Assembly (NCBI GenBank): GCA_038496445.1
Contig: JALMLS010000150.1
Span: forward strand, 1 to 64,000
DNA: 64,000 nt
Source: Trichosphaerium sp. ATCC 40318
Lineage: Eukaryota; Protista; Tubulinea
Direction: 5' to 3'
Shown here: piece after piece, positions 1-14,004 of the stretch
How positions within the stretch are numbered: position 1 is the first letter of the stretch
How the letters are laid out: each line of letters begins with the position of its first letter
Notes under the pieces: generated by a model
Databases searched by the model: none
Told to the model about the DNA's origin: nothing
Seen by the model: the letters and a program-made list of their open reading frames with translations, nothing else
Program-made: the position numbers and the translations under genes

Positions 1-341
1 TTTTGGTTGGTTTCTTTCTATCCCCTTAATACTAGGCTATTTGCTATCTTATTTAGTTTTGACTTATTATTTTGATTACTTGTTTACAACTTTGTTGCAT
101 ATATATGCCAAAAAATTTACTTGTAGTACACTGTTATGATAGTTGGTAAAGTAACTATTAGGATATCTCACATGGTTTTTTTTTGCAGCTTGTGTTATTG
201 CTATTACTATTCAAAAGCAGCGTTGAGTGCTTTGAGGTTAAAGGTTTCAATTAACAACAACCGCATGTAAAAAACTGTTTACATTGTTAAGTACATCCTC
301 ATTTAGTTTTTAAGGTATTAGGTGGCTATTACATTACAGTT

Positions 342-3248
342 TTAAACCATTTTGTATGAGTAAATTCTACGGACAAACATTGAGGTGCCCATGTAACCAA
401 TTGCTCCACACATGATACCCATACCAAGGCAGAACATAAAGAGATAACCAAAATAAAAACAGGTCTGCATTAGACCTGACATTCTCGTCTTCATCATGAA
501 ATAGTAGATGCCATACAAAAAACACATAACCAGCTGTAGATGTAGCACCCAAAAATGATACCCAATGCCACCTATTACAAAGAGTAAATAACACTCTAAC
601 TAAAGACTAACAAAAAAAATCAAGTTGACAAAGGGGCAAAGTGTACCTGTAGTCCTCTGAATTTAACAAGAAGTACACAGATACAATATCAACACATACA
701 GTGACAATAATGAGGATAAAAAATACGAGGAACAAGAAACCTAAAACCAAAAATAAGTTACATTAACATTGGCTTTCCGTGGATATGATAACATCAACTT
801 AAAAGAAAAAAAACCGCCAAACGCACCAAAGACGTAATAGTATTTGTATTGCCAAAACGCTGTGAACACAAAGTACATCTCAATAAAGATGGAGCCAAAT
901 GGAAGAATACCAGACAGCAAGATGTGTGCCAAAGGCTCTTGGTACCTGTGCAACGTGGTCAGGAAGTACACGCTTCACAAACAAACAAAAAAATATTTTC
1001 GTACCATTGCTTTTCAGGGATTGGTCTTGGGACTGGACTTACTCTACAAGGGTGGCGTGCTTTACCAGCAAAGTTACGGCCTACAAGAGTACCAACACCT
1101 GTGAGAGGGACGGAGAAGAAAATCCAAATCGCAAAGACAAGGAACATAGTAGTGATTGGGATAGATGCCAGACTACTGTATGACATAGCGATAATATCAA
1201 GAAGGAATGCAACACCAAAGCATGTGCAAGGAAAGAGGATGGCGGTCAATATCATTGTTTGAATCCATTGCTTTCCAGCTACAAAGAAAAAGGTGATAAG
1301 TTTTTGGAACAAAAAAAAAATTGAGTATTTTGTTCGCCAAAAAAAAAAAAATAGAACGCACCAGCGTGTTGATGATAGTGGCTTCCGCTAACATATCCTG
1401 AAATGAATGACGTGACAGCATAGCAACCAATAAAAGCGCTGACCATACTTCCACGTGCATAGACGAAATGACTATAAGACTTTAACATTACAATAAAAAA
1501 GAGAACAAACAAAAAAACAAAATGCTTGAAAAGCGCACCTGTGGTAGAAACCAATTGATAGCGAGATGATGAACAAAATAAGCGCTGCTATTTGAATACC
1601 AGTACCATACAGTGCGGAGAACAATCCAATTTGTGGTGGAGCACGGAATACATCACCCATGACTTGTTTCCAACCACACTCACCATCAACGCCCATATCC
1701 AAGCCTCCATCCTACAATTACAGATTAGATATTTATTTTATATAATTTGTCAAAAACAGAACAATAACAAATGACACGCACATCTTCTTCATCCTTTGCA
1801 ATGGATGCGAAATCCTTGCGGAGAGTGCGCATGAGAATCATTGATACAAGACCCACAAGGAACACTACCATCATGAATGAGTTGAAGATAGAAAACCAAT
1901 GGATCTACCAGCAATGTAAGTAAACAAGACAATAAAATATAAAACATTTTCAAATAAAGGTTTATCACTATAACGAATAACGTACTTGATGCTCAAAGAA
2001 AGAGTTGTCCAAATATCTGTTGAATCTGGTCTCATACGGTTGATCAGTTTCTAACCAGTGAACAGAATAAGAAAATGTAAGCGCTGCGCCTTCGGCCACA
2101 GGCTTCAGGGTTTCAGGTGTCAACTTCGCTTCAATAATCTAACGGTTTTTAGTACAACAATTTTCCCCTTTTTTCTGGTGGCTGATTTTTTTTTTTTTTC
2201 AACACAACAAATAAAACTTCATATTAGTTGATTCCGATGCGCATACCTTGTCACCGTTGTACGTTATGGTGAATCGCTGGTGAGTGAATATGTATGGGTA
2301 TTCATCTACTTTTCCAACCATTCCCCAGACTGGGAGGTCATCTATCGTTAAAAGGGTTAACAAAAGTGATATGAAAGGGAGAAAAAAAGAAAAAACAAAA
2401 AGCTTAAAACAAATATCTAGGCTGTCAACCAACGCCACTACGTACCCAAGAAAAATTCATACCAATATTGCTCTTTGATGGCCTTGTTGAATTTCTTCGC
2501 CTCTTTTTTTGTTAGAGTCTTTTCGCAGAGCGTTTTCGTCTCAATGTCTTCTTTAAATTTTATTTCATAACCACTTTTTCTTAGTTCGTAGCCGAGAATC
2601 GCTTCTCCCAATCCTTCAAATCGTTCTTCTTTGTTTTCTGTGATAAGAAACGTCAGCGCATGAGTAATGCATGAAAGAAGATTAATCAAAAACAAACGCC
2701 ACGCATTGTTTTTGGTTTGTTTTTTTTTTTTGACGCAAGTGACGGCCACACGGAATGAAACAATTGAGGTCGTGTACGCACCCTCAAACTTGCAAAACGG
2801 CAATTTTTTGTGGTACAGGTAGGTTTCTTGTGGGTTAAAATAAGGACCGACTTTATTTATCCATAGAGTTATAGGAGCACTGTCTTTGTACTAAAATCGC
2901 GTCAGTTATACAGTCAGGCACTTTTTAAACGAAAAATCACGGGTTGAGAAGAAAAAAACAAATTGTTGGGTCTGACAACGTCAGCAAAATGTATGGCCTC
3001 AGAATGTCGCGTATTGAGCTCAGTGCATAAGCGAAGAACACTACGAACATCGTGACCAGTGTGTGGCAGATATAAACGCCCTACTGTTTATTTTTCAAAA
3101 AAACGAGCACGCTGCGATCCCCCATTTGAATCTCACCGAAGCGTACGTGCCCGATTAAAAATTTTTGTTTTGATCCTTCTAAAGGGCATACCTCGGCACA
3201 AAAACACACGGCTACGAGCACTGCCAAAGCTACGAGTGCTACCCTCAT
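342..3248 (-). CDS. TM9SF3: Transmembrane 9 superfamily (nonaspanin/EMP70) protein, TM9SF3-like; multi-exon
   Basis: Signal peptide exon [19 protein letters not shown] (ATG 3248) splices over a 301-nt intron to [24 protein letters not shown]. Family motifs present: [57 protein letters not shown]. Stop at 342. Confidence 0.92.
2994..3058 (-). ncRNA. Candidate intronic box C/D snoRNA in TM9SF intron 1
   Basis: Minus strand has a terminal stem TGGTC/GGCCA, variant box C ACGATGT, internal CTGA (D') and terminal CTGA (D). It lies in an unusually long 301-nt intron. No target identified. Confidence 0.3.
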
Positions 3249-3539
3249 TGTTGTTAGCGTTCTTACAGTTACGTGGTGTATTGGATTTTGCCAGTAAAAA
3301 ACCAAACGGCGTTTTTTACTTCGTTTGAAGTGCAAGTAGCTGACGAGTTGTTCTACTGGCATCTTAAACGTAGCTGAGCTGGAGATTGAGACATAGTGTT
3401 TTGGAAACAAAACGCTAATCCAGCCAAGACAGGAGCTCACTGGATTAATGCTTAGACTCCCTTCCCACCATGTACAGAAGAAGGATGCCACTGAATGAAG
3501 AACTGTGGGACACTGGCTGTATGGTTGGCACATACGCTG

Positions 3540-4855
3540 ACAAGAGCAGCTTTATGTACGCCAACTTACCATGATTCTGTTATTATACATTTCTTTTATA
3601 CAATTACATAAGTTGCAGCACACAACTTGGGCATCAAACGTTGACTGTCATCTCATTTACCTTTCCTTTGGTAGATGCAAAGCATTGTCTTGCAGTTGCA
3701 TGAAGCCACCTTGAAAATGGTAGTGTGAACACAACAAAACAACAGAACTTTTCTTGTACCTCTGAGATGCAAACACTTGTTGTTTTCCAAATAAACGCAT
3801 ATCCCACTCTATATTGTCATACACTAATTGCAGTACACCTGGGTAATAACGCGACAACCCATTAGCGCCCATTATTTTTAAATGGGTTTGCGAGATACTG
3901 TACCAATCATCCATTGTTTTGATGCCTAAAGAGGACTCTGCACATCGAACAAATCTAGCAATGTTGTGTTGTTGTTGCCAATAGTAGTTTGGAGCTCCTT
4001 TCACAAAGTGTCAGCGTTTTCTTTTTTGATAAACAACACTGCGCACTTGCTACAGAATGTTGCCTAAATTTGGCCTCTATCCACGGGTGCTCTGGCCTCA
4101 TGGCCGACAACAAGTAAGATAATTTGTTTTGAAAAACCCTAAATAATAATTTTTTAGCTGTCATAAAAACAATGCAGTGTACGCTAGAACGCCAGCTCCT
4201 CCAGAACGTTGTAATTGTGCGACAGTGATGGTGTACCACTGTTGATGCACATGTAAGCCCTCTTCTTCTTCAAACTTGGCGGTACATAATCAGTGGCGTA
4301 GGATTAAAATATACAAAACATGTGACGTACCTTTGCTAGGAATGATTGCCTGTTTTTCTCGATCCTCCAAAATCCTTGTGGCATAGTCTCTAACGAAACA
4401 ATTACGATCAAACTGCACAAAACACTGCATAACTGAATCTAGTTACAACCCAGTCATGATCCGGATACACTGATTGTACGAGTTTGTGGACTGAGTCGTT
4501 GTGTTGCCTTTGAAGTTGTAAACCATCAAAAAAAAAAACAACAATGTGTCAAAATGTGCATGTCTGTACGACGTCGTACCACGCAATATTTCGGCCACCA
4601 GTGCGCACTGCAGCGCTGGTGATACGATACCAATCGTCCAGATGGCGTATGTTGTACTTTCGCTCTACCTGGGGCGAAAGTCGGTTAATATTTACCCAAA
4701 TCCAGCGTTGTAGCAATCAATACGTTTTTAAGAGTTTCAAGGCGCTCTGCAGATAACCACTGTGTGTACCGTGCTTTAGGCTCTCTAAATACGCGGCGAT
4801 GATGTATAAGTACTTGACACTGGCTGGAAAGTACAGTGTGGCATAGTAGCTTCAT
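3540..4855 (-). CDS. 'DWY' helical-repeat hypothetical protein (repeats like LDDWYRI..GG..YP..W), possible mitochondrial presequence; 3' end uncertain
   Basis: Exons encode VERKYNIRHLDDWYRITSAAVRTGG, VYPDHDW, MRPEHPWIEAKF and GAPNYYWQ..KTMDDWYSISQTHLKIMGANGL..IEWDMRLF..ASQR. Same repeat type as the 20.1-21.5 kb gene. Confidence 0.65.
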
Positions 4856-5045
4856 TACGAATGAAGCTAGGACGGATTTGCGTAACAGTCGTTGCCAAGT
4901 GTTAGAAAAGAGTTGGTTTGGGCGTAAAATTAAAGTACGACAAACTTCTAAATAGATTGACCGAGTTCTCTGTTCATTTTTGGCATCCACACTTTCACTA
5001 CATTTGGCCAACACTCCTGTTAAAATAACCAGTGTACAGTGCCTT

Positions 5046-8000
5046 ATGGAACCACAGCAGCTAAAAATGCTGCAAGCGAGGCTTATGGAGCAACAGGTGC
5101 ATACGAAAATTATACAACTTGTGTTTTAACACGGTACAGCTTGAAATTGATACTTTGTACAAAGAAAACGCGTCTCTGCGCCAAAAGCTCTCCCATTCCA
5201 AAAAGGATGCTCTTAAGGCGACTAAAAAGCTGTACGGGCATTACAGTTTTGTTTACGCATTGTTTACGCTTACGCAATCGTGCTAGAAAACGTAGGAGCA
5301 AAGTAAAAGAAGAAAAGATTGACGCTAATTCCGTCGCTTTTGAGGATGACGCACAAAGCTTTGTGGTATCGCTGCAATGCGACTTTAGAGATCATACGAA
5401 TTTTTTGTCTTGGTTAACGGCTAACCAGCTCAAAAACTTCGACATCGTGTTCAAAACAAATCCAGCCGTTCCTTTTTCCACTCAAAACACAATTTTTTTC
5501 AAACAGGTACAATTAAAAAAAACGCAATTTAGCAAAACAGGCAAAAAACAATAAACTGATAAAAATATTCAGCACCCAAACATTCAAGGCCAGTTGGTGA
5601 TTGGCCACGCTTCCAAAGAGAGGTTGTTAGAATTGTTGTTACTGCCTTCCAAAGGTACTGATCTCAATCTTTAACACAACGTTCTTTTTTTTTCTTAGTT
5701 CTCTTGTATTTTCTAATACCATCAAAACATAGCCACAATTCGCAAGATGCTTGATACAGAAAGGTTTTCTCAGACTATGTATCTTACATATGGCTCTTGG
5801 ACTACTGCTAAGGAACTTTTCGAGCATATAACGAGCACTTTAGTACTCACTAAAGATGACATTGGAAGGTGCAAATACCACGACTCTTCGTATAGTTTTT
5901 GATGTACTGATATTCTATTTTTTAGTACTCTAGACATTATAATGAGAGAATTAATAACATGGATGCACACTACACGAGGTCTTGATTTCGTAGGTGGTCT
6001 CAAGAAGGCGTTCAATTCTTTTGTAAAGAGACTGAAAAAGTGTGATTTCGAAGTTGCAGCCCAAGAATCAGAGCGTTTAGTAACCTCCTTAAAAGATGTC
6101 ACCGATCCTTATACACCAGTTTCAGGAGAAAACGCATCTCCTAGAACACCAAGACGCATGTAAGTATCTTAGCTATTGCTCACTAACGACTTTTTTTTTA
6201 CAGTTGTAAAACCTGATGTATTTTAAATAGGCTTGCCAAATCTGCCATGAGCTCTCTATTAGGACTAGAACCCATGCAAATTGCAGAACAATTAACATTA
6301 ATGGATCACGAGCTGTACAAGGCAATTCCTGTTTCAGATTTTGTGAATAATGCTTGGATGAAAGAAAAAGAGTCCAATCTTGTATCCCTAATCAACTCCA
6401 GTAACAGAGTACGTAACAGGTTTTCAAAGATACCGCCAATTTTATTATTACTGCAATGGATCTAATTCTGGGCATAGTTGTTTCAGTGGTTTAGTACAGA
6501 AATAATAATGCTTAAAACTCCAGTTGAGCAAGCGGGTTGTATTAGCAAGATAATTGCTGTTGGCGACTACATGCTAAACTTAAGAAATTATACCGGGCTA
6601 TATGAAGTTGTCACGTGTCTGGAAAATATGGCTGTAGCTAAACTCCAAGAAGCTTGGAAGGTATGACTTCAAGGCGTTTTTTTTTTCTTCTTTAGAACCC
6701 AATTGTATTTCTAAAATCTGAGCGGATAAATAGTTAGTTACAGAGAAAGATATGGAGACACGTGCAATTCTAAAGGATACACTATTGGACCCAACTAAGT
6801 TCAGGGAGAGTATGAGTGAAGTAACAAGTCAAAGCACTGCGGCAAGTACAGTACCTTGTGTTCCAGTAGGAAGTACGCTATACATAACCCAACGTTGAGT
6901 GAACTCGGCTAATCCTAGTCAGCATTTATTTGCAGCGGTGTTTGCAAAATTAATGACAATGTAAAAACTATGACGCCTCAAGGTCATATAAATTGGTCCA
7001 AGATGAGGCTCCTAGGAAAGAGTATATGGGACTTTAGTCAATATCACGGACACTACGACATATTGCCGAACCCATCCGTGCAGAAAAAACTTCAAGAAGC
7101 TAGTGTGCGGGTTTCATCCAGTATTTTTTTAAAGCTACTTGCAAACAGAATGAGTTCTTATTTTATTGTAGGGCATTGAGGAAGACTGCACTCGTTATGC
7201 AATTGCCAATTTACGTGCCAATAACATAGATTTTGAAGAAACGCCCGAGAAGACTTTAGAGTCTATGTTTAGCTGGCTATTCCAAGCACATAAAGTTGAA
7301 ACATTTAAAAAGGGTGCTTGTTCTTATATAAAAATCTTTATAATTGACCACTCGCAACAAAAGGTGACATCGTGTTTAAGCAAGGTGATGATTTGACAAA
7401 GTTATATTGGATAAAGGAGGGTACCTTCCACGGGCGTAAGAAAGAGCTTGAAGGAGTAATATTAGAGCGCGCTGAGATTATGGGTGAAGAAGCTCTTTTT
7501 GATGGTGTACGTCCAAATACTTTTTTTTTTCAATTTTTAGTTTGTTACTTACGTACAAAAGTTTGATGCACAATCAACAGCCTATGCCGCTACTGATGGT
7601 GCTTGTTGGTCCATATACGGAGACCAGTTCTTAGTCGCAGTAAAATCTATGCCAGAGATTTCTGCACCTTTGTTTAAATTCATTGCACGGCGGTTTACTA
7701 CTTATGCTTCGTACCTAAGTCATGATATAATCTTGGAAGATGACGAAACACTGGTTGTGACTAATTTAACAAAATCTATGTGTATAGGCGCTACGCCAAA
7801 GGAACAGTACCGCTGTATGTCCTCAAAGTTTTGGAGATCACATTTAAAGGTACAATATTCACTTTTTTTGTAAAACTAATGTTGACACCACCAAGGATCA
7901 ATCAGTCATACAAGCATTGGCTTGTTCTATGTCTAGAAGAAGTCACCTGGGTAGTGTAGGTGCGTTATTTATCACAGAGAAGTACATGGTATTCATGGGT

Positions 8001-9041
8001 AGAGCATTTGGTATGAAGACTAGGGTACGTCATAGCTTTTTTTTTTTAACTTAGTTATCGTATTTGAATCAAACCAATACCTCGTTAGGAATACTTCAAA
8101 ATATCAACAATAAGATGCATAGTACGTAACAACTAAACGTTTCCAAAGCTTACCTCATTTCCGCTCAATACGCGACCTAATTGAGTACTAGGAGGAAACT
8201 GAGAAACAAACAGTTAAAATTTCTGTTATGGAAGATAGACAGGTAGCTCCTAATATCACGTGTTACTGTAACAGCCATTGACTATTTTGTTTTTTGCCTA
8301 GTTCACGTTCGAATTTGAAGAACAAGATAGAGCTTTGCAAATAATACAAGGCACCATTGAAACACATGCACCATTAGTTTCTCGGAACAGTGCAAGAGGA
8401 CTTGTGCTCAGTCAAAAAGGTCATACCAACGATGACCCCACTATTAAAGACTTCTTACCAACGCAGCGTGACTGGGCCGTAATCTTAAAGGCAGCGTACA
8501 CTAGACGTTACACAAAGGGCGATAAGATTATCACTCAAGGCGCTAGTTGTGTTCCAAAATTATATCAACTAAAACGTGGTGACTGCTTTGTTGAAAAACT
8601 CAACCCCGATACTGGCGAACTGGAACATGTGTTTGGCAATGTAGATAAAGTTTCGCCCGTATTTGGAGAGCGAGTACGTGATTTTTTGTTTCTCTATTGT
8701 GGCCAACACTATCTGACTTTCCTCAATAGTCTTTGATTTCAGGTGCCACAGAGCATAGTGCTTCAGTTATTGCTGATTCGAGAGTCACTGAAGTAACAAT
8801 GGTAGACGGTGCCTACCTGGATGTGTTGTTTCAGTACAACCCAGATATTGCTGGAAAGTACGGCACCCTCCTTTCTTTTCTTTGGTTTTGTGTACTAACG
8901 TTCTATGGCAGGTTTCACCTTTACTTGGCTGAAACAATTTCTACCAGATACACAGAGCGTAAACACTTGGCCAAGAGCTTTAAGAGCTCCTCTAGTATTG
9001 ATGGAACTTCTTCACGCAACATTATACATGCAAACTTTTAA
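5046..9041 (+). CDS. gbpD: RasGEF with RasGEFN-CDC25-cNMP-GRAM-cNMP architecture (Dictyostelium GbpD-like); start approximate
   Basis: CDC25 motifs IAEQLTLMDHELY, WFSTEII, LRNYTGLYEV and INWSKMR. cNMP folds VFKQGD..LYWIKEG..MGEEAL and IITQG..LYQLKRG..FGER. A GRAM-like exon (GALFITEKYMVF) lies between them. Confidence 0.85.
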
Positions 9042-9180
9042 CTGTTCACAAAAAGTAAATGACACGCCCGTAATTTTTGTAAGTTTCATTGTTTGTGAAC
9101 CTCAGTAACATTACATGTGTTGATAGTAATAATTGGGTTTTTTTTTTCTTTTTGTTTCAAATAATTTTCTGTCCACTGAT

Positions 9181-10264
9181 TTAAATGTTAATCTCAGGCA
9201 GCTCCATAGCTGTTCCTTGGCGTACGCTAAAAAAAAATTTAACATTTTGTACATTTTGTACTAAAAAGTTATAATTACCTGAGCACGTAATGGTAGAAAA
9301 AATCGCAGTACAATCCTGTTTGTACAAGCCCAGCAATCCATACAATCCATTGAGAGTAATTTGGTTCCGTAAAAAACCTTAGTTACAGAGTTAGCATCGA
9401 TTTGGTTTAGCAATAAAAAATATTTTTAACTATCAAATCAAACTAACCTCCATATCCAATTCAAAATGTACAAGGCACGATATCCACCAAGGCAAAATAC
9501 GTAATGGCTAGTAATGGTATCGACTGAACCAGTTTTAGTGAGAAGCATAAGCTGTGGGATAATAGCCACTGCTTCAAGATAAATTGAAAATGCCCACAAC
9601 ACCTAGCAGTTATTTAGCGAAGAGCTTTAGATTTATGCCGATTTAATTAAAACCAGGCCGCTTTGAAATAGAAAAAAAACATTCAAAAAAAAAAGTTTTT
9701 CACAGAGATTTGCGCTTTTTGAGTCCGATTTGTACCTCCCAAAATGTAAATCTTTGATGCGCTATGAGTGCCAATACAATACAAGGAATGATAAGGTAAT
9801 AAGTCGGTAGCTGGTCGTTTTTTTTGTCGTATTTGTGGCGGTATTGGAAAGCAATCAAGTAAATGATGTAAAATGTAGAGCTGATAAAGATCAACTTCAT
9901 AATCACGAGGTAAGTTGAGTGCCAATTCCATAGGAGGTCCATGTATCTGGAGACGAACACCACGGCGTATAGTATTTGGGTCTTTAGAGAGATTCCTGAG
10001 CAACAGTTAGCAACGTGGCAATGGAGCACTTTTTGACAGGCGTAAAAACCGCCGTCGGAGCGACAAAACCCTCTGTAAGGGATATAATTTGAATAAAAGG
10101 AAAAAAATAAAGCGTTTTGTGTTGAAAGCTCGTAAGATGATTAAAAAATCACGCTAGAAAGCGACACACGTACCGGCGCAACTGCGGTTCGTTCTTATTT
10201 TCCAGATCAACACGAAAAATGAAAACAAGTGTAGCATATCAGCAATGAGCCGAAAGTAGTTCAT
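9181..10264 (-). CDS. ERD2: ER lumen protein-retaining (KDEL/HDEL) receptor
   Basis: [80 protein letters not shown]. Confidence 0.96.
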
Positions 10265-10509
10265 ATGAAGGTAAAAACCAGTTCTTTGTTTCAACAGTGG
10301 TTTGAGACCCGCAAAGCCACCCATAGTATCACCCAGGTCTGTTCTTCTACCTAGCATTGTGTACACAATCTCTTACGCGTTTTTAGACGTTTTAATTATT
10401 AACAGCAATGACTTTTTTTTTTATTTTGGGTCCAAAGCGAAAAACAGACAAAAGGTCAGTCACGTTCCCAGTTCATTGTACAGCCTTTTCAACAGCGCGA
10501 GCAACAGCA

Positions 10510-12174
10510 ATGGCTGATCCATTCGACGTTTTTGACTATGAGGACATCATTGGAGAGTATGTGCCTTAAAACTTTGCAAAACGTCTTTCCATTCTACATG
10601 GCGCATTTAAAAAACGGACTTCATGCCTGTATTTGTTTTTTGTTTTCTTGTAGAGTGCTGATTTACATTTTACAAAAAGGGGGTCTTACGCTAGCGTTGT
10701 TTTGGCCACGAACAAAGATACTGGAGACAAGATTGCGCTCAAATTGATGGACCGCTCAAAAATGACCCCTGCGTACGCTCGATAATAGTCTAGCGATGTT
10801 TTATTTACACGAAACAGCGACGCCATTCGCGCCAAACGCGAAATTGACATAAACGAGCGCGTTAGCCATCCGAATATCGTAAAGGTGTCAAAAATAATAC
10901 AAACAACTGAATGCGTTGGTCTTGTAATGGAATTGTACGCTCTCAACAATATTAAAAGTACGCTGAAAAAAAGCCGTTCAGAATGAAGGGAGGAGAATTA
11001 TTTGACTGTGTGCTTAAGAATGGACCGTTGCCTGAAGCAATATGTCGTTTGATAATCCACGTGCGTTGTTTTAGAGAATTCGCCTCTTCGCGCATAATTT
11101 TTTTTTATTCGCTCAATTTTTACTCAAGGATATCTGCAAAGCTTTGTCATACTTGCACGATCAAGGGATAGCCCACAGAGATTTGAAACCTGTACGAGAG
11201 AACCAACAATACTTTTTCGACATTTTCTTAATATTGTTGTGGTAGGAAAACGTGCTATTTGCGGAAGAATATGATGGCACAAGCGCCTTTACAGTTAAAA
11301 TAATAGATTTTGGGTTTGCGAAAATTGACAGGTGCGATTAAATCCTTTTTTACTTCTCAAAAAAAACCAAGGGTATTAATTTTTTGTTTGCAATTAGGGA
11401 ACACGGAGCTTTACAAACGCCTATCGGTACTGCAGGTACACAGTATGCATATTATTTATTATAGTTAACTTTTTGTTATCTAATAGCATACGTTGCGCCT
11501 GAAGTGATTCATGACAAACAATATGACAAGAAGGTTGACATGTGGTCGTTAGGATGTTTACTATATTTCGTGTACGTTGTGTTTTAACACAAAGGCTGGC
11601 ACAGTCACATTGCTCATGTGAAAGCTTTCCTCACATGATACAGTCTATTTGGGAGACCACCATTCTATTCCGAGGATGAAGAAGAGATTTGTGATCTTGC
11701 AAAGAAAGGAAATTATTCGATACCCAAAAAAATTAAAGTGTCAACGGAAGGTACAATTGCTTAAAAACGATTAACAACGCAAAAAGTTTTTTTGTAAACA
11801 ACACTAACTCTATTTATAGCACTGGACTTTGTACGACATCTTCTTGAACCCGACCCAACAAAGCGCTTTGTAGCAAAGGATGCCTTGCAACATAAATGGC
11901 TAAAGGGTTCAAGTGGTATTAGCCTTTTTTTGTTATTTTTTTTTTACACCTAGCAAGTACTGATTGCAGTATAGACATGGAAGTAGAGCCATCGAAAGTC
12001 GTTAAACCAAAGATTTCTGAAAAAGAGGCGACACAAATGAAGCAAAGCTTTAGTGTCATAGACAGATTTCGCGAACCAGAAGAAGATATGAGCATGGCGA
12101 GCGCTCAAGATTCTCCTTTATGGAAAAAGAGGCAACTAAAAAAGCAAAAATTACTTGCAACAGGAAATTGTTAA
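10510..12174 (+). CDS. CAMK-group Ser/Thr protein kinase (CaMKI/MLCK-A-like)
   Basis: Spliced exons give [51 protein letters not shown] and DMWSLG. Confidence 0.93.
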
Positions 12175-12244
12175 CACTAAAAAACTATATTGTATGAATG
12201 CTACACGTGTGTTAAACCGGCAATTCAATTGGTCTTTTAAACCG

Positions 12245-12598
12245 TCATTCCAAAAAGATATAATCTGGGTTGTGCCTCTCCAATAAATTCTTGTGTTGCA
12301 CGTTATGCAGCCACGTTTCGAATTCTTTATTGTGCATGTCATCTTCTTCACGAATAGACTTTTGACGTTGTGTTGTTTTTCTCGTCTTTTCTTTTGACGC
12401 GACGTATTCTACGAGGTTGTTTAGTACTCTTTGCATCATTCTGCGTGTGTATGCCGCTTGTATCTCTTGAAGTCTTCGATTTTGCTCAAGCTGCTCGAAC
12501 TGGGCCAATACGAGTGGTATAGGGCCGCAAGCTATTGTAGATACATCTGTAGGGGTGCAATGGTCGCTGAAATGGGAGTTGAGCATACGTGCAAACAT
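12245..12598 (-). CDS. Small hypothetical protein (117 aa, predicted helical/coiled-coil)
   Basis: Single ATG-initiated ORF filling the gap between genes, with charged amphipathic composition. No recognisable family. Confidence 0.45.
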   Translation of the reverse strand: MFARMLNSHFSDHCTPTDVSTIACGPIPLVLAQFEQLEQNRRLQEIQAAYTRRMMQRVLNNLVEYVASKEKTRKTTQRQKSIREEDDMHNKEFETWLHNVQHKNLLERHNPDYIFLE

Positions 12599-12844
12599 GG
12601 TGAAGATTTCTTATTTTGCCGTTTATGATTTTTATTAAATTAAGTCATTGTATCGTTGAAACCACTTTTTGGCTTGGAACGACTGCATGCACTATTTTAA
12701 TTTCTACCGTGTTACAGGCGCCGTTTCGTATTTTATACACGTGCTTCCTTAAAGACGGAGAAAAATAAAAGTCGCATGAAATATTGCCCTTTTATTTTGG
12801 TAACAGTTTTCAGTAGCATTTCCTTGCCAACAGCGTCTGTACAC

Positions 12845-13481
12845 ATGAATTTAAGTGTTATACTAGTATTCTCTCTTGTTTTAGCGTTAGCAAGTAGTTT
12901 GTCGGTTGAACCTAAAGCAACGTGGCCTCTCACGGTGAAGGGTAAGTATAAAATTACGTCAACGAACCCATGCTTCAAAACAGTGTCGTACTTTCCTCTC
13001 ATCCCGAGCACTACGAAGGTACGATCATCTCAGAGCAAAGTGATGCATTCAAGCTGTTTTAACAAGGAGAAATAGAACGCTACTTTTACCAAAGATGAGT
13101 TTTTTGCCGAACACACTGCGAAACAACAATACGACGACCCTACTTATGGAGTTTGTGCTCGTAAAAACCACGCTCTTTGTTGACACTGCATAGGGCTATT
13201 TGATAAACAAGTGTAAAGACAAACCAACCTACACCATAGACTATGTACGCACCTTCAAACAAAGGTTTAGCGATTTTCATTGACAAACAAAATGCTAGCT
13301 CACGTGGAATGTGCAACTGTACCCCACACAGTTTAACATATACCCATACCTCCAAGTCAATCTAGTGGAGGATTGCGTACACAATTTGTGCCATTGTGAT
13401 TACGGAAAGGAGTGTCGTTGCGTATATGACTGCGATGGTGAAACTGTTGTAATATTGAGTACTGTAAACCTTTCGAGCTAA
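12845..13481 (+). CDS. Small secreted Cys-containing hypothetical protein
   Basis: Signal peptide MNLSVILVFSLVLALASS. GT-AG splicing gives a continuous frame ending in DCVHNLCHCDYGKECRCVYDC. Confidence 0.55.
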
Positions 13482-14004
13482 CACCTCAGCGGGCCATGAC
13501 ATGTCTTAACAGTTTAGAAATACGTGTTGTATTTGCATACAATAAAATAATTACCTGCTATAGCACTTTCTTTATTTGCTGTACCGCTTTCTATCGCTAT
13601 TGTAGCAATACTTTCAGCGATTATGACTCGCACAAGCAACAACGGCAAGGTGAAGGCGAATCAAACCATTTTCGGAAAGAGCCGTTTGAAACCATCCAAC
13701 AACCAGCCCGTGTTGAGTGTATTCCGAATTTCTTTATGTTTCGGAATATCACCGCGGATGAACGGTGAATTACTGCAGCTTAAATTCTGTGTAATTTTGA
13801 TTTGGATAACATGAGAACGAAGTACTTCAACTGTGGGAGTGAATTTCTCGGGGTTGTTTTCTCTCAAATGACGATAATAATGCAAAAAAAAAAAATAAGC
13901 TTATTGTTTCCATTCCATTAAGTCCACCAACGTAATCTCTCAAAGGTGTGACGGTACGGCTAGTGTACATACGGCACAACGGTCTGCCGATATCATTAGC
14001 TAAA

